Shown here one piece after another: positions 1 to 10,343 of a stretch of 64,000 nt of DNA (the stretch's first letter is position 1; each line of letters begins with the position of its first letter). A program made the position numbers and the translations under genes. Source of the stretch: a virus. The stretch covers positions 96,001-160,000 of IMG/VR virus record IMGVR_UViG_3300036985_009306; one strand, 5' to 3'. Below the pieces are notes generated by a model. The model made no database searches, had not been told where the DNA came from, and saw nothing but the letters and a program-made list of their open reading frames with translations.

Positions 1-2
1 TT

Positions 3-3000
3 GTTGTAGGACAATCTTATATTATTACTTTTGTAGGAACTACAGATTTTACTTTGATTGGAGCAAGTTCAAATACAATAGGAGTTGCATTTACTGCAAC
101 AGGAACAGGATCAGGTACTGGAACAGCAATATTTTCAGTAGATTTAAAACCTGTTTATGCTAATCTTTCAAAATTTTTAGGAATAAAATCCTCTTTTTCA
201 GAACAATTGACTCTTCAAGGAACCATAGGCTTCTATTATAGTGTTATAACTCGTATTCCTATAGTAGAAGGTAGTTTAATTGTCACTAAAAATTCAACAC
301 CATTGACATTAAATACCGATTATACATTTGATTCAGCAACAGGAAAAATTAGTTATTTGACATCTGTTTTAATAACTGATGTTCTAGCAACTTCTTATTA
401 TCAAGATGGTGTAAAGTTTGGATTTACGCTTCTAGCAACTCCTGGTCAATTCTTTTTAAATGAAGGCATTCACACTATTTATTCTAAATCATATGATCGT
501 AATTCTGTTCTTTATAGTGATGAGCCTCAAAAATTTGGTACTCAAAGTACTCAGTTCAAACTTGATCGTGTAATACCTGTAACTACAGATAATGTTCTTA
601 ATGTTGGTTGGCAAATATCTCCTGTTACAGTTAGATTATTCCCTTATGATATAGGTTCAGGGATAGATAAAACTTATTATACTACAAATGGTTCTGATCC
701 TACAACTAGTTCTTCAATTTATGATGTTTCAACAGGAATAATTCTTACAGCAACAGGTGTTTACACTATAAAATATTTTTCAACAGATAAAGCAGGAAAT
801 ACAGAAAATATAAAGTCTGCTGCTTATCAGGTTTGGGTTGATGCTTCGTTGCCTGTTTCGAATTATACAATTTCTCCTTCATCTCCCGATGGAAATGATG
901 GATGGTATATAACAGATCCTACAATACATATTACTGCTTCTGATCCTGATTCCGGAATTGCAGCAATTTATTACAGAGTAAATTCTGGACCCCTTTCAAA
1001 CTATGATCCAAGTGGTATCTTAGTACCATTTCAGGGTTTAAATACGATAGAATTCTATAGTGTAGATAACGTAGGAAACATAGAATACCCTCATCATCAA
1101 ATAGACGTTAAATGGGACAATGTTCCACCTTCTACTACAACAGATATTACAAGTAATTATACTTCTAGTTCAATAATACGTTTTATTTCAAATGATGCTT
1201 CATCTGGATATGATACAACTTATTATACTACTGATGGTTCAACTCCTACAACAAGTTCGTCAAATGGTAGTTTTGTATTAACAGGTACATTTCTTCTAAA
1301 ATTCTTTTCTACAGACAAAGCAGGAAATCAAGAAGCAGTTCAATCACATCAATTTTATTTTGATTTTACTCCTCCTCAAATAACTAATTTTCAGCCTATA
1401 GGTTGTATAATTACTGACTCAACAACTGAGATTACTTTTGACATTACTGACGATCTTTCAGGAGTTGACATAGAATCTGTTTATTTGAATGTTGATGGTA
1501 TCATATATTCTACAACAAAAAATTCAAGCAAATTTAGTTATGTAGAACATTCTCCTCTTTCATATTCAATTACTCTTGTATTAGATTCTCAAGATGATCT
1601 AAATTTCCAAAACATCGATATTCTGATAGTAAATGCAAAAGACAATGTAGAAAATGCAACAAGTTTAGAATTTAATTTTGTTCATGAAGATACTATTCCA
1701 CCTTGGGTGTGTCAAGTATGGCCAGCACCAAATGTGCAGGATGTGTCTCTAAATTCAAATATAGCAGCTCTTATTGATGATGATCTATCAGGTGTGGATA
1801 TTAAATCTGTTAGAATATCTGTCAATGCTGTCGATTTTAATCTTAATTATAGAGATGTTCTAAACGTTCAATATACTGGTACTGCAAGTTCAGCAATTCT
1901 TAAAGTTTATAATTATACGTTTACTACTTATATTGATGGTCAAACTGATATTACTTTTAGTTTGTATGAAGGCGGTTATAATACAATTCAAAAGATTTTG
2001 CTTTATTTTAATAGTTTGGCAAATTATTCAGCATCGATTATAGACTCTAAGCTTGCTCAACAACCAAGTATTTTCCTTTTGAATTCTCATAATTTGGACA
2101 TATTACATCAAGATAACATACTTCATCTTTCTATACCTAATGAAAATAGCAATTTTTCTTTTATTGAAAGGGCAAATGGTTATTTAGTTTTTGCAGATCC
2201 TAGTTTTAATTTTCAACATTTGTCACCTGTTAATGTGATCATTAATGCTTCAGATAATTCTGGAAATTCAATGGTCCCTTTTTCATATGTGTTTATACCT
2301 CATGTTTATGCAACACCTTCCATTCAAGACAGAAATTATGTCAATCAAATTGCTTTGCAATATATTCAAAATCTTCAAGCTAATATTGCAAGTAACTATG
2401 TTCATTCTAAATCTACAGAATTCTATGGTCATAATAAAGCAATTTGTCTTGAATTAGGTAGACATCAACAACAAATAGATCTTCTTAATAAAGATAGAAG
2501 CTATTCTACATTAACAGAAGCCTATCTTTACGACAAATTGGGATATTTGCTTTATACAATGCCTACGATTGGAATGTCACATGATGATTATAGAGCATTG
2601 TTACAATCTCTTATATTAATTTTGTTTCAGGGTTCTCTCAAATCTTCTCTTGAACAAGGCATCTCATTATTAACAGATCTGACTGTTAATATTACAGAGT
2701 TAGTTTTTGCTCCTGGTTCTGATATATCAGAACAATTCATGATTTATGTGGATCTTTTATTGGACAGTGCACCATTAGCAGGTGTTGATCTCATTGTACT
2801 TAGTAATAATTTAGCCCATATATTTGAATTAGTGAAACCAGCACATATATTTATAGTCCAACGTTTTGTCTGGACTGAACCTGAAGTATTTCATTTACAA
2901 GATGAATTTTACTCTATAACATTTAGTGGAAGATTTACTGAAGAACAATTAGGAATTTATAAAGATACAGATAATAAAACTGTTGACCATGAATATTCTC

Positions 3001-3440
3001 AATTTTTACATACTATTAGTAGTACTGAAGATTTTAATTTTCATTTTGGGATGCAATTTGATGAAGATGCTCATAGTCAACTTATGCCCAGTCTCTTGAT
3101 TTTGAATGACAGGAATACATATTTAACTGAAAATTATATACTAATACCAAATCGATTTATATCGGACTATGTCAATGTGACATTAACTATTACAACATTT
3201 TCAAGTTCTTCTTTGACGATTAGTTCAGGCATTCAAAATTTGACAGCAATTACAGGTCTTATTCACTTACCCACAGGTTTGGAAATTATTATTAAATATG
3301 ATGACAGTAATTTGATGTCAGGTACTATTATTTCTTATAATTCTAGTACTGGAGATTTAAGCGTAAATATTACAGCAATAGTAGGTTCAGGAACATATAG
3401 TTCTTGGTCAGGAGAAATTTTTTATTTTAATGAAATTTAA
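3..3440 (+). CDS. Large tail/baseplate structural protein with Fn3-associated (chitobiase C-terminal-like) repeats and a baseplate-wedge-like C-terminal region; 5' truncated by the window edge
   Basis: Frame is open from position 3 (VVGQSYIITFVGTTDFTLIGASS...), upstream of the listed TTG at 54. Repeated 'TYYTTNGSDPTTSS...KYFSTDKAGNTE' and 'TYYTTDGSTPTTSS...KFFSTDKAGNQE' units; Thr/Ser-rich beta content; next to another tail-like gene. Confidence 0.65.
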   Translation, partial: VVGQSYIITFVGTTDFTLIGASSNTIGVAFTATGTGSGTGTAIFSVDLKPVYANLSKFLGIKSSFSEQLTLQGTIGFYYSVITRIPIVEGSLIVTKNSTPLTLNTDYTFDSATGKISYLTSVLITDVLATSYYQDGVKFGFTLLATPGQFFLNEGIHTIYSKSYDRNSVLYSDEPQKFGTQSTQFKLDRVIPVTTDNVLNVGWQISPVTVRLFPYDIGSGIDKTYYTTNGSDPTTSSSIYDVSTGIILTATGVYTIKYFSTDKAGNTENIKSAAYQVWVDASLPVSNYTISPSSPDGNDGWYITDPTIHITASDPDSGIAAIYYRVNSGPLSNYDPSGILVPFQGLNTIEFYSVDNVGNIEYPHHQIDVKWDNVPPSTTTDITSNYTSSSIIRFISNDASSGYDTTYYTTDGSTPTTSSSNGSFVLTGTFLLKFFSTDKAGNQEAVQSHQFYFDFTPPQITNFQPIGCIITDSTTEITFDITDDLSGVDIESVYLNVDGIIYSTTKNSSKFSYVEHSPLSYSITLVLDSQDDLNFQNIDILIVNAKDNVENATSLEFNFVHEDTIPPWVCQVWPAPNVQDVSLNSNIAALIDDDLSGVDIKSVRISVNAVDFNLNYRDVLNVQYTGTASSAILKVYNYTFTTYIDGQTDITFSLYEGGYNTIQKILLYFNSLANYSASIIDSKLAQQPSIFLLNSHNLDILHQDNILHLSIPNENSNFSFIERANGYLVFADPSFNFQHLSPVNVIINASDNSGNSMVPFSYVFIPHVYATPSIQDRNYVNQIALQYIQNLQANIASNYVHSKSTEFYGHNKAICLELGRHQQQIDLLNKDRSYSTLTEAYLYDKLGYLLYTMPTIGMSHDDYRALLQSLILILFQGSLKSSLEQGISLLTDLTVNITELVFAPGSDISEQFMIYVDLLLDSAPLAGVDLIVLSNNLAHIFELVKPAHIFIVQRFVWTEPEVFHLQDEFYSITFSGRFTEEQLGIYKDTDNKTVDHEYSQFLHTISSTEDFNFHFGMQFDEDAHSQLMPSLLILNDRNTYLTENYILIPNRFISDYVNVTLTITTFSSSSLTISSGIQNLTAITGLIHLPTGLEIIIKYDDSNLMSGTIISYNSSTGDLSVNITAIVGSGTYSSWSGEIFYFNEI

Positions 3441-3472
3441 GTTGTTCAACTAATATTAAAGGAGAGATATAA

Positions 3473-3604
3473 ATGAATAAACAAGAGACAATAAGTAGAG
3501 TCGAGAAAAAACCTATAGTAGAGAAATTTAAAAAATTGAGAGAAGAATCTGCAAGTGTTATTCTAATAGATAAAGACGGAAAACAAACTAAAATCAAAAT
3601 ATAG
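3473..3604 (+). CDS. Small hypothetical protein (43 aa, MNKQETISRVEKK...)
   Basis: AAAGGAGAG SD upstream of ATG 3473; its TAG overlaps the SD of the next gene. Confidence 0.5.
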   Translation: MNKQETISRVEKKPIVEKFKKLREESASVILIDKDGKQTKIKI

Positions 3605-3613
3605 GAGAAAAGT

Positions 3614-4429
3614 ATGTATCAATTTATTGAACGTGCAAAATTTCAAATTAAGGGTGAAGTATGGATAAAGATTGGAGACAATCTTACTAGAGAACAGATT
3701 TTAACTAAACCAGACAGACATATTGAAAATTTGATTGTTGATGTGGCAAGTGATTTGATTGCTCAATGGGCTCTAGTAAATGTTGATAATGCTGTTTCAG
3801 GTGATGTTTCAGACACTTCTATACACATACCGGGAATCTTAACTTTAGCTGTTGGAACTGGTGGTACAGGTTGGGATATTCAAAATCCACCTGTAGAAAC
3901 AGCTGATCTTACTGTGCTTTTTACAGAACTTGGTAGAAAAGCATTCATAAGTAAAAAGTATGTTGATAGTTATGGTAATGATCTTTCATCACCTTCTAAT
4001 CCGGCAACTGTTAGTACAAGTACAAGTCAATTTACCGTGGGTGTAAATATACCTACAGGGACCCTTATAATGCTTACAGCAACTTCACTCCCTAATCCGC
4101 TTCAAGCAAATTATGTATATTTTGCAATTAATGTAGATGCAACGAATATACGTCTTGCAACATCTTATTCTAATGCATTGTTAGGTGTTTTTATTACTTT
4201 GACTACTGCTGGAACAGGAGTAAATGTAGTTGCTATAACTAACATTATAGATTTATTAACTACGTTTACTAGCAGTGAAGTTGTTGGACCTTTAGTAGAA
4301 ATGGGGTTGTTTGGTGGAGTAGGTGCTTTGAGTGCTAACGGCGGGATACGTGTTAATGCGAAGCATTTTCCAGTAATTAATAAACCACCCTCGTCGCAAA
4401 TGTCAGTTCTCTACCGTCTAATATTTTGA
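3614..4429 (+). CDS. Tail/baseplate-associated virion protein
   Basis: ENLIV..., LAVGTG, ELGRK, EMGLFGG and HFPVINK motifs resemble large-phage tail-fibre/baseplate attachment proteins; follows the baseplate gene. Confidence 0.55.
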   Translation: MYQFIERAKFQIKGEVWIKIGDNLTREQILTKPDRHIENLIVDVASDLIAQWALVNVDNAVSGDVSDTSIHIPGILTLAVGTGGTGWDIQNPPVETADLTVLFTELGRKAFISKKYVDSYGNDLSSPSNPATVSTSTSQFTVGVNIPTGTLIMLTATSLPNPLQANYVYFAINVDATNIRLATSYSNALLGVFITLTTAGTGVNVVAITNIIDLLTTFTSSEVVGPLVEMGLFGGVGALSANGGIRVNAKHFPVINKPPSSQMSVLYRLIF

Positions 4430-4457
4430 TTTTAAACAAATTATACTCTCATTTGTA

Positions 4458-4492
4458 AATTGCCTTTGATGAAAATTAAAGGCAATTTTTGT
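4458..4492 (+). terminator. Rho-independent terminator after the tail module
   Basis: AAATTGCCTTT / AAAGGCAATTT hairpin followed by TTTGTTT. Confidence 0.7.
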
Positions 4493-4553
4493 TTATTAAA
4501 AAAATAGTAAAATATTATTACTTTTTCCTTACTTTTTGTGTATATTATGAAAT

Positions 4554-6383
4554 ATGACAAGAAAATGTAAAGATTGTGGAAGAGATGTTGAAGTACTTTC
4601 TAAATTAGCTACTAAAGTCTTATGCAAAGAATGTAAAAGCAAAAAAAATAATGATTATCCACAAATTCTTAATGTTGATACAGATGATTTCATTTATTGT
4701 AGATTTTGTGGTTTAGTAAGAAAATCATTATCTCATCATATTAAAAAGTTTCATAAAATTACTGAAGAACAATATTTACAGCAGTTTGGTGATGTTCCAA
4801 TACAATCTAAAAATCTTTTTGAAAAAAGAAAGAATCGTTCTCAAGAATCAAGAGATAGAGTAAGTTTAACTTCAAAACAAGCATGGCAAGATTCTGAGTA
4901 TAGAAAAAAACAGATAGAAAGATTAAGAAATCAACATAGAGAACCATGGAAGATGTCAAAAGAAGGTGTTGAGCATATTAAAGAGGGACAGAATAAGTCT
5001 GTTAAAATGCAAGCAAGAAGAGAAAGAAAAAAGCAAAATGAGTTTAAAAGAAAAGAAGAGATAAGAACAGGAAAAGAAAGTTTAAAAGAATTTGTTCTTT
5101 GTCCTTTATGTTTAAGAGAAGGAAAAGATGAGATAGGCTCTAGATTTGAATGTTTAACATTTAAGCATTTAAAAAGTCATAATTATAGTTCAGAACAGTT
5201 TAAGAATGAATTTAAAGATTTTAAGTTTAAGATAGATAGATTGAGAAAAGAACATTCTGAGTGTTTATCTGGTGAGAACCATTTTAATTATGGAAAGAAA
5301 TATAGTGATGAACTTAAGCAAAATATTTCTAAAGGGGTCATAGAAACTTGGGATGAACATAATCCAAAAAAAATTTGTCCTCAGTGTGGAACAAGAATGT
5401 TAGAGAGAAATGAAAAAGAAGTTTGTAAGAATTGTATGTTTAAAATTTATGGTTTTGAAGATACTAATGAATATGTGTATTGTAGAATTTGTTTTAGAAT
5501 AAATGGAAATTTGACACAACATATTGTTAATGATCATCATATAACAACTGAAGCGTACAAAGAAACGTATCAATGTGAGATTTATTCAAAAAACAATAGA
5601 GATGCAATTGGAAAACATTTAATAAGTATTCCAATTACTGAACATCATAGAAATGCAATTAAACAATTTAATATAAGAAAAAATATTGAGAAAATTAGAT
5701 TAGAAGACGACTTTAAAAACGAAAATTATACTTTTTTATTAGAAAGAAAAATTCCATTTGATTTAGAAGATACATATGATTTTGTTTATTGTAGATATTG
5801 TTTAAGACAGATGAAGTTTGTGTCATCAGAACATTTATTTAATCATAATCTTACTGTATGGATGTATCATCAATTATTTCCTGACGTACCTTTATTTGCT
5901 AGATCAGTCATTAATAGAGTAGTAAGTAAAGGAGTAGCAACTAAGATAAGATTAGGTACGTTAAATCTTGGTTGTTATGGATATTCAGGGTATAGAAAAG
6001 ATATTGGACATTTTACAAGAAGTATGGTAGAAGCAAATTTTTGTAGAATTTTGATTTATAATAATGTAAAATATGAATATGAACCCAAAACATTTCCTCT
6101 TGAGCATGAAATTTATTCAAGTTATACACCTGATATATTGTTATTACAAGATTTTTATGCATGGAAAGAAGGAACGTTTTTGGAGTTAAAAAATAGAGGA
6201 ATGGATGAAGATAATGAAAAGAAGATGAATGTGTTTTTTGAAAAGTTTCCTGAGGTTGTATTAGTTGTATTAGATAAGTCATCACAAGAAGTAGTAAATT
6301 TAGAAAGATTGTATAGACATAAGATTGATTTATGGGAGACTAGTGAAAGAAATATCGAGACAACACCTGAGTTATATGTTTAG
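4554..6383 (+). CDS. Multi-zinc-finger protein with C-terminal PD-(D/E)xK nuclease (homing-endonuclease-like)
   Basis: Four CxxC...H...H units (e.g. YCRFCGLVRKSLSHHIKKFH); NUMOD3-like SGENHFNYGKKYSDELKQNIS; C-terminal YEYEPKTF...YTPDILL...FLELK. Confidence 0.6.
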   Translation: MTRKCKDCGRDVEVLSKLATKVLCKECKSKKNNDYPQILNVDTDDFIYCRFCGLVRKSLSHHIKKFHKITEEQYLQQFGDVPIQSKNLFEKRKNRSQESRDRVSLTSKQAWQDSEYRKKQIERLRNQHREPWKMSKEGVEHIKEGQNKSVKMQARRERKKQNEFKRKEEIRTGKESLKEFVLCPLCLREGKDEIGSRFECLTFKHLKSHNYSSEQFKNEFKDFKFKIDRLRKEHSECLSGENHFNYGKKYSDELKQNISKGVIETWDEHNPKKICPQCGTRMLERNEKEVCKNCMFKIYGFEDTNEYVYCRICFRINGNLTQHIVNDHHITTEAYKETYQCEIYSKNNRDAIGKHLISIPITEHHRNAIKQFNIRKNIEKIRLEDDFKNENYTFLLERKIPFDLEDTYDFVYCRYCLRQMKFVSSEHLFNHNLTVWMYHQLFPDVPLFARSVINRVVSKGVATKIRLGTLNLGCYGYSGYRKDIGHFTRSMVEANFCRILIYNNVKYEYEPKTFPLEHEIYSSYTPDILLLQDFYAWKEGTFLELKNRGMDEDNEKKMNVFFEKFPEVVLVVLDKSSQEVVNLERLYRHKIDLWETSERNIETTPELYV

Positions 6384-6418
6384 AAACTATTAAATCAAAC
6401 TTTTTGTTATGATAGATA

Positions 6419-6862
6419 TTAAGCGAGTAATGTTCTTTTAAATTCTCGTAGGCAGACAAAACCATATACATTTGCTTGGGCTTGAGTGTTTCTACCCTCT
6501 ATTTGTCTACTGTGTCGTAAAAAATGATATAATTCATGGCCTAAAAGACAAGTCATGTCTTCTTCGATATTAGCTATTGGTTCTGAGTCAATATTGGTAG
6601 ACATTATTGTGATTCTATTTTTTAATAAAATCAGGTCTAACAAAATCTTTTAGGATTGCTGGGTAAATTCTTACACAACATAAATGACATAGAATTTTAT
6701 AAAATTTTGTTTTTTTGTAGGATAATGACAAATACCACCGTAAGATTTTGTTATTGATAGATGAATGTGGTTAATTTGGGATGTGTCAATTGTTTTTAAT
6801 TTCTCGTTGAAGAAATCTATAGTTTTGGGAAACTTTTCTATCTGACCTGTGAAGTTAATCAT
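6419..6862 (-). pseudogene. Interrupted HExxH (zincin-like) gene
   Basis: ORFs 6862-6671 and 6643-6419 are in the same frame, separated by TAA at 6673-6671 and 6652-6650; downstream part has LLGHELYHFLRH. Confidence 0.45.
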
Positions 6863-6929
6863 GTTTGATTATATCATATTTTTTTGAAGTTCTGCCATTT
6901 TTTAATGTTTTTATGGAGTCTGCTAAATT

Positions 6930-7175
6930 ATGCTTTTAATTCAATATTTCTCTGATGGGACTATGTCTTTCAATTGGGATCAACTTCCTGAGCCATTGAA
7001 GAGTGAGACAGAGATAAGAGACAAAATTTTTAATGAGCTTCAAGAAAAAATGAGAATTAATGAGAATGTAACAACAAGAAAATTGTTTGACCTCAATAGA
7101 TATGCAATAGAGAGAATAAGAACTGAACTTAGGGCTAAAGGCAAAAAAATACAGATTAATAATATTAAAAATTAA
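6930..7175 (+). CDS. Hypothetical protein
   Basis: 81-aa ORF with GGAG SD. Confidence 0.5.
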   Translation: MLLIQYFSDGTMSFNWDQLPEPLKSETEIRDKIFNELQEKMRINENVTTRKLFDLNRYAIERIRTELRAKGKKIQINNIKN

Positions 7176-7192
7176 ATTTATTGGAGATTAAA

Positions 7193-8083
7193 ATGGATTT
7201 ACTTGTGATAGGGGGTAATGGGTTTGTAGGTGCAAATTTTATTCAATATATTTTAGAAAAGTATCATGATTACAATGTTATATGTATAGATAAACATACA
7301 AATGAGAATATAGAAAAAACTGAAAAATTTCATTTTTATCAAGTAGATTTTTGTAATATAGAAGAAGTATTGAAAGTTTTTAAGTTTTGGTATAGTTTTG
7401 ATATAATAGTAAATTTTGCTGAAGAAAATAATGAAAATATTATAGATTCAAATATTTATGGTGTGTACAAGATTTTTGAAATAATTAAGAAATATAAGGT
7501 TAAACATTTTTTACAAGTTTCTACAACAGATGTTTATGATATATTAAATGATGAACAAAGATTTGCCGAAACTTCTAATACAAGTCTTTATTCTGCTTCT
7601 AAAGCTTCAGCTGATTTAATTGCATTATCATATTTTCACAGTTTTAAGATACCTGTAGTAGTTTCAAGATGTTCAAATAATTTTGGGATTTATCAAAATA
7701 CTAATGAATTTATTCCCTCTTTGATAATAAATGCTTTGACTAAGAAGAAGCTTATAGTTTACGAGGATGATATTAGAAATTGGATTAATGTTTTGGATCA
7801 TTGTAGAGCTTTAGATACTTTGATGCATTATGGCAAATTTGGTGAGATTTATAATATAAAAGGAAATCGACATAGTAGTTTAGAAATAGCAAGATTAATA
7901 ATGAATTATTTGAATTTACCTTTAGATATGTTGGAAGTGAGATCTAGAGAATATAGTTTTAAAAGCGAAATAGATTATTCAAAAATAGGTGATGAATTTG
8001 GGTGGAAACCTGTCTTAGATTTCAAAGAGAGTTTGATTGATACAATTGAATCATATAGGACAAATTTTGTAAAGATTTTATAA
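7193..8083 (+). CDS. NAD-dependent epimerase/dehydratase, dTDP-glucose 4,6-dehydratase (RmlB/RfbB)-like, divergent
   Basis: GGNGFVGANF Rossmann motif; YSASK; VVSRCSNNFG; RNWINVLDHCRAL. Confidence 0.8.
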   Translation: MDLLVIGGNGFVGANFIQYILEKYHDYNVICIDKHTNENIEKTEKFHFYQVDFCNIEEVLKVFKFWYSFDIIVNFAEENNENIIDSNIYGVYKIFEIIKKYKVKHFLQVSTTDVYDILNDEQRFAETSNTSLYSASKASADLIALSYFHSFKIPVVVSRCSNNFGIYQNTNEFIPSLIINALTKKKLIVYEDDIRNWINVLDHCRALDTLMHYGKFGEIYNIKGNRHSSLEIARLIMNYLNLPLDMLEVRSREYSFKSEIDYSKIGDEFGWKPVLDFKESLIDTIESYRTNFVKIL

Positions 8084-8132
8084 TATTCAAATACATGCAA
8101 TTTATTCCATTGAAACATTAATAGGAGGTGTT

Positions 8133-8768
8133 ATGCATAAATATTCAGAGAATTGTCAAATTTGTAACATAGTTGGTGATTTTTCAGCTAAAACAAGTTC
8201 TAATATGAGCATTGGGGAAGCTAAGAGGAAAGTTGAAGAGCTTTTAAAAAATCCAGAACTTTTAAAACAAGTAGGAGATGCTCTTAAGAGTGCTTCATTG
8301 AACAAGGAAGCTGCTATTTCTCCTTTAATAAGAACATTTGTTCTTGCTCTAATGACATTAGCCCCTTCTATTTTTGCTGTTCCAAGTATTCAAAGTGATC
8401 TTGAGATGAAGCTTAAACATGGTGATAATATTACAATGGAACAAGTAAATACAATGGAAGATAGAGCCAAGAAAGAAATGCAGACAATGACAGAGACTTC
8501 TGTCAATAAAGTTAATGATGCAATTAAAGATGATAAAGGTAAAGAAAAACAGGTTGATTTTGGAATTCAAGTAGGCAAAGAAAAGTTAATGGCAGCAAAT
8601 GCATATGAGGCCAATATTCTAAAAAATATGGCACAATTGCATAAAATTCTTTTTGCACAGATGAAATCAGGAATTATGGATCAAGCAAGTTATGATAAAG
8701 CTTGTCAAATATTGATAAGTTCTTTTAATAAAGCTATAGCAGGACAGGCTCAAGAGGTTGTTCTTTAG
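8133..8768 (+). CDS. Hypothetical protein (possible virion-internal protein)
   Basis: AGGAGG SD; helical; followed by a terminator. Confidence 0.55.
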   Translation: MHKYSENCQICNIVGDFSAKTSSNMSIGEAKRKVEELLKNPELLKQVGDALKSASLNKEAAISPLIRTFVLALMTLAPSIFAVPSIQSDLEMKLKHGDNITMEQVNTMEDRAKKEMQTMTETSVNKVNDAIKDDKGKEKQVDFGIQVGKEKLMAANAYEANILKNMAQLHKILFAQMKSGIMDQASYDKACQILISSFNKAIAGQAQEVVL

Positions 8769-8805
8769 CAATTTATAAGTTAAAAAAACTGAAAATTATG
8801 ATAGA

Positions 8806-8840
8806 AATGTAACAGGGCGTATGCTCTGTTACATTTTTTG
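8806..8840 (+). terminator. Rho-independent terminator
   Basis: AATGTAACAG / CTGTTACATT hairpin followed by T tract. Confidence 0.7.
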
Positions 8841-8856
8841 TTTTTAGAGAGTAAAG

Positions 8857-10329
8857 ATGTCTGACTTTCGAATTGAAATAGATAATACTTGGACTTATAT
8901 AAAACCTAATGTCGAAGTGAATAAGAGTGTTATTAGACGTATAGAATCAGAGATGTCTTATACTGTTGAAGAATATAATCGTTTTACAAAAAAAACTGTA
9001 GATCATGATATTTCATTGTTTGAGAGAGATCTGCTCCGTTATCCTACAGGGCTTTATTCTGTTCTTGATAGAATTCTTACAGAATGTGGATATACTTTTG
9101 ATGTAATTGACAAAAGAAATATACCTCAAGTCAATCAACCTTTACAATTTTATTCTAAAAAGTTAAGAGATTATCAAGAAGAAGCTACTGAGGCTGCTAT
9201 TAAAGCACAGAGAGGTGTCATTAAAGTAGCAACAGGTGGAGGAAAAACTGTAATTGCTGCAGCTATAGTTGCAAGATTGAATATGAAGACAATTTTTATT
9301 GTTTATTCTATTGATTTGCTTGAGCAAACAGCTGATGAATTTGAGACTATGTTTAGATTGAAAGTAGGAAAAATAGGTGGAGGATATTGTGATATTCAGC
9401 AAATAAATATTTGTACAGTTCAGACTTTACATTGCGCATTTGATCTGAAATATATAGTAGAGAGTGAATTGTTTATTAAAGAAAAAATATCTCAAGAAAT
9501 ACTTAATAGGAAAGAAGAAGTTAGAAAAGTTGTCCAAGAATCAGAAGTTGTGATTGTTGATGAGTGTCATAAACAATCTGCTCAAAGTTATATTGATATT
9601 ATGAGGTCTATGTCTAATTCATTTTTCCGTTTTTCACTTTCTGCGACACCCTACCGTGATGAATCTATAGACAAAGTTCTTGATGCATATTCTGGAAAAT
9701 TGATTTGCAATATTAATGCTTCATATTTGATAGAGAGAGGTTTTTTAGTACCTCCTAAGATATACATGTTGGATCCAAATGAGATTAATTATAAATTTGT
9801 AAGAAAATCATTTAAAAGTGTGTATGATAAATGGATAGTTAATAATGCTGATAGAAATCAGATGATTGTTGATAGTACTCAAAGATTGATAGAATTGAAT
9901 AAGTCTGTGTTAATAACAGTTACTCAGATAGTTCATGGTGAGATTTTGTGTGAACAACTTGATAAAGTTGGAGTTAAATCTGTTGCATTTATACGTGGTG
10001 AAGTAGATAAAATTGAGAGGAAAAGATTACTTAATGAAATAAGAGAAAAGAAACTACAAGTCCTTGTCGGAAGTGTTGTTGCAGATGAAGGGATAAATTT
10101 ACCCGCTTTAGGTTCAGCAATTATGGCAGGTGGTGGAAAATCACTTATAAAATCGCTTCAAAGAGTTGGTAGGACTTTGAGACCTTATCCGTCTGCAGAA
10201 AATAATGAAAAGAAAGAAGCAATAATTGTAGATTTTTATGATAGAATTAGATATTTAACAGGACATTCAAGGAAGAGAATTAAGATTTATGAGTCAGAGC
10301 CGAAATTTCAAATTTTTAAACATTTTTAA
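8857..10329 (+). CDS. SF2 DEAD/DEAH-like helicase (UvsW/XPB-like)
   Basis: ATGGGKT Walker A; IVDECH; LSATP; QRVGRTLR. Confidence 0.9.
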   Translation: MSDFRIEIDNTWTYIKPNVEVNKSVIRRIESEMSYTVEEYNRFTKKTVDHDISLFERDLLRYPTGLYSVLDRILTECGYTFDVIDKRNIPQVNQPLQFYSKKLRDYQEEATEAAIKAQRGVIKVATGGGKTVIAAAIVARLNMKTIFIVYSIDLLEQTADEFETMFRLKVGKIGGGYCDIQQINICTVQTLHCAFDLKYIVESELFIKEKISQEILNRKEEVRKVVQESEVVIVDECHKQSAQSYIDIMRSMSNSFFRFSLSATPYRDESIDKVLDAYSGKLICNINASYLIERGFLVPPKIYMLDPNEINYKFVRKSFKSVYDKWIVNNADRNQMIVDSTQRLIELNKSVLITVTQIVHGEILCEQLDKVGVKSVAFIRGEVDKIERKRLLNEIREKKLQVLVGSVVADEGINLPALGSAIMAGGGKSLIKSLQRVGRTLRPYPSAENNEKKEAIIVDFYDRIRYLTGHSRKRIKIYESEPKFQIFKHF

Positions 10330-10343
10330 AAAAGGAGAAATTT

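Noticed and set aside
6650-6673. Stop-codon reassignment suggested by in-frame TAA here and at 63186
   Set aside because: Conserved genes end properly at TAA, TAG and TGA, and no suppressor tRNA was found
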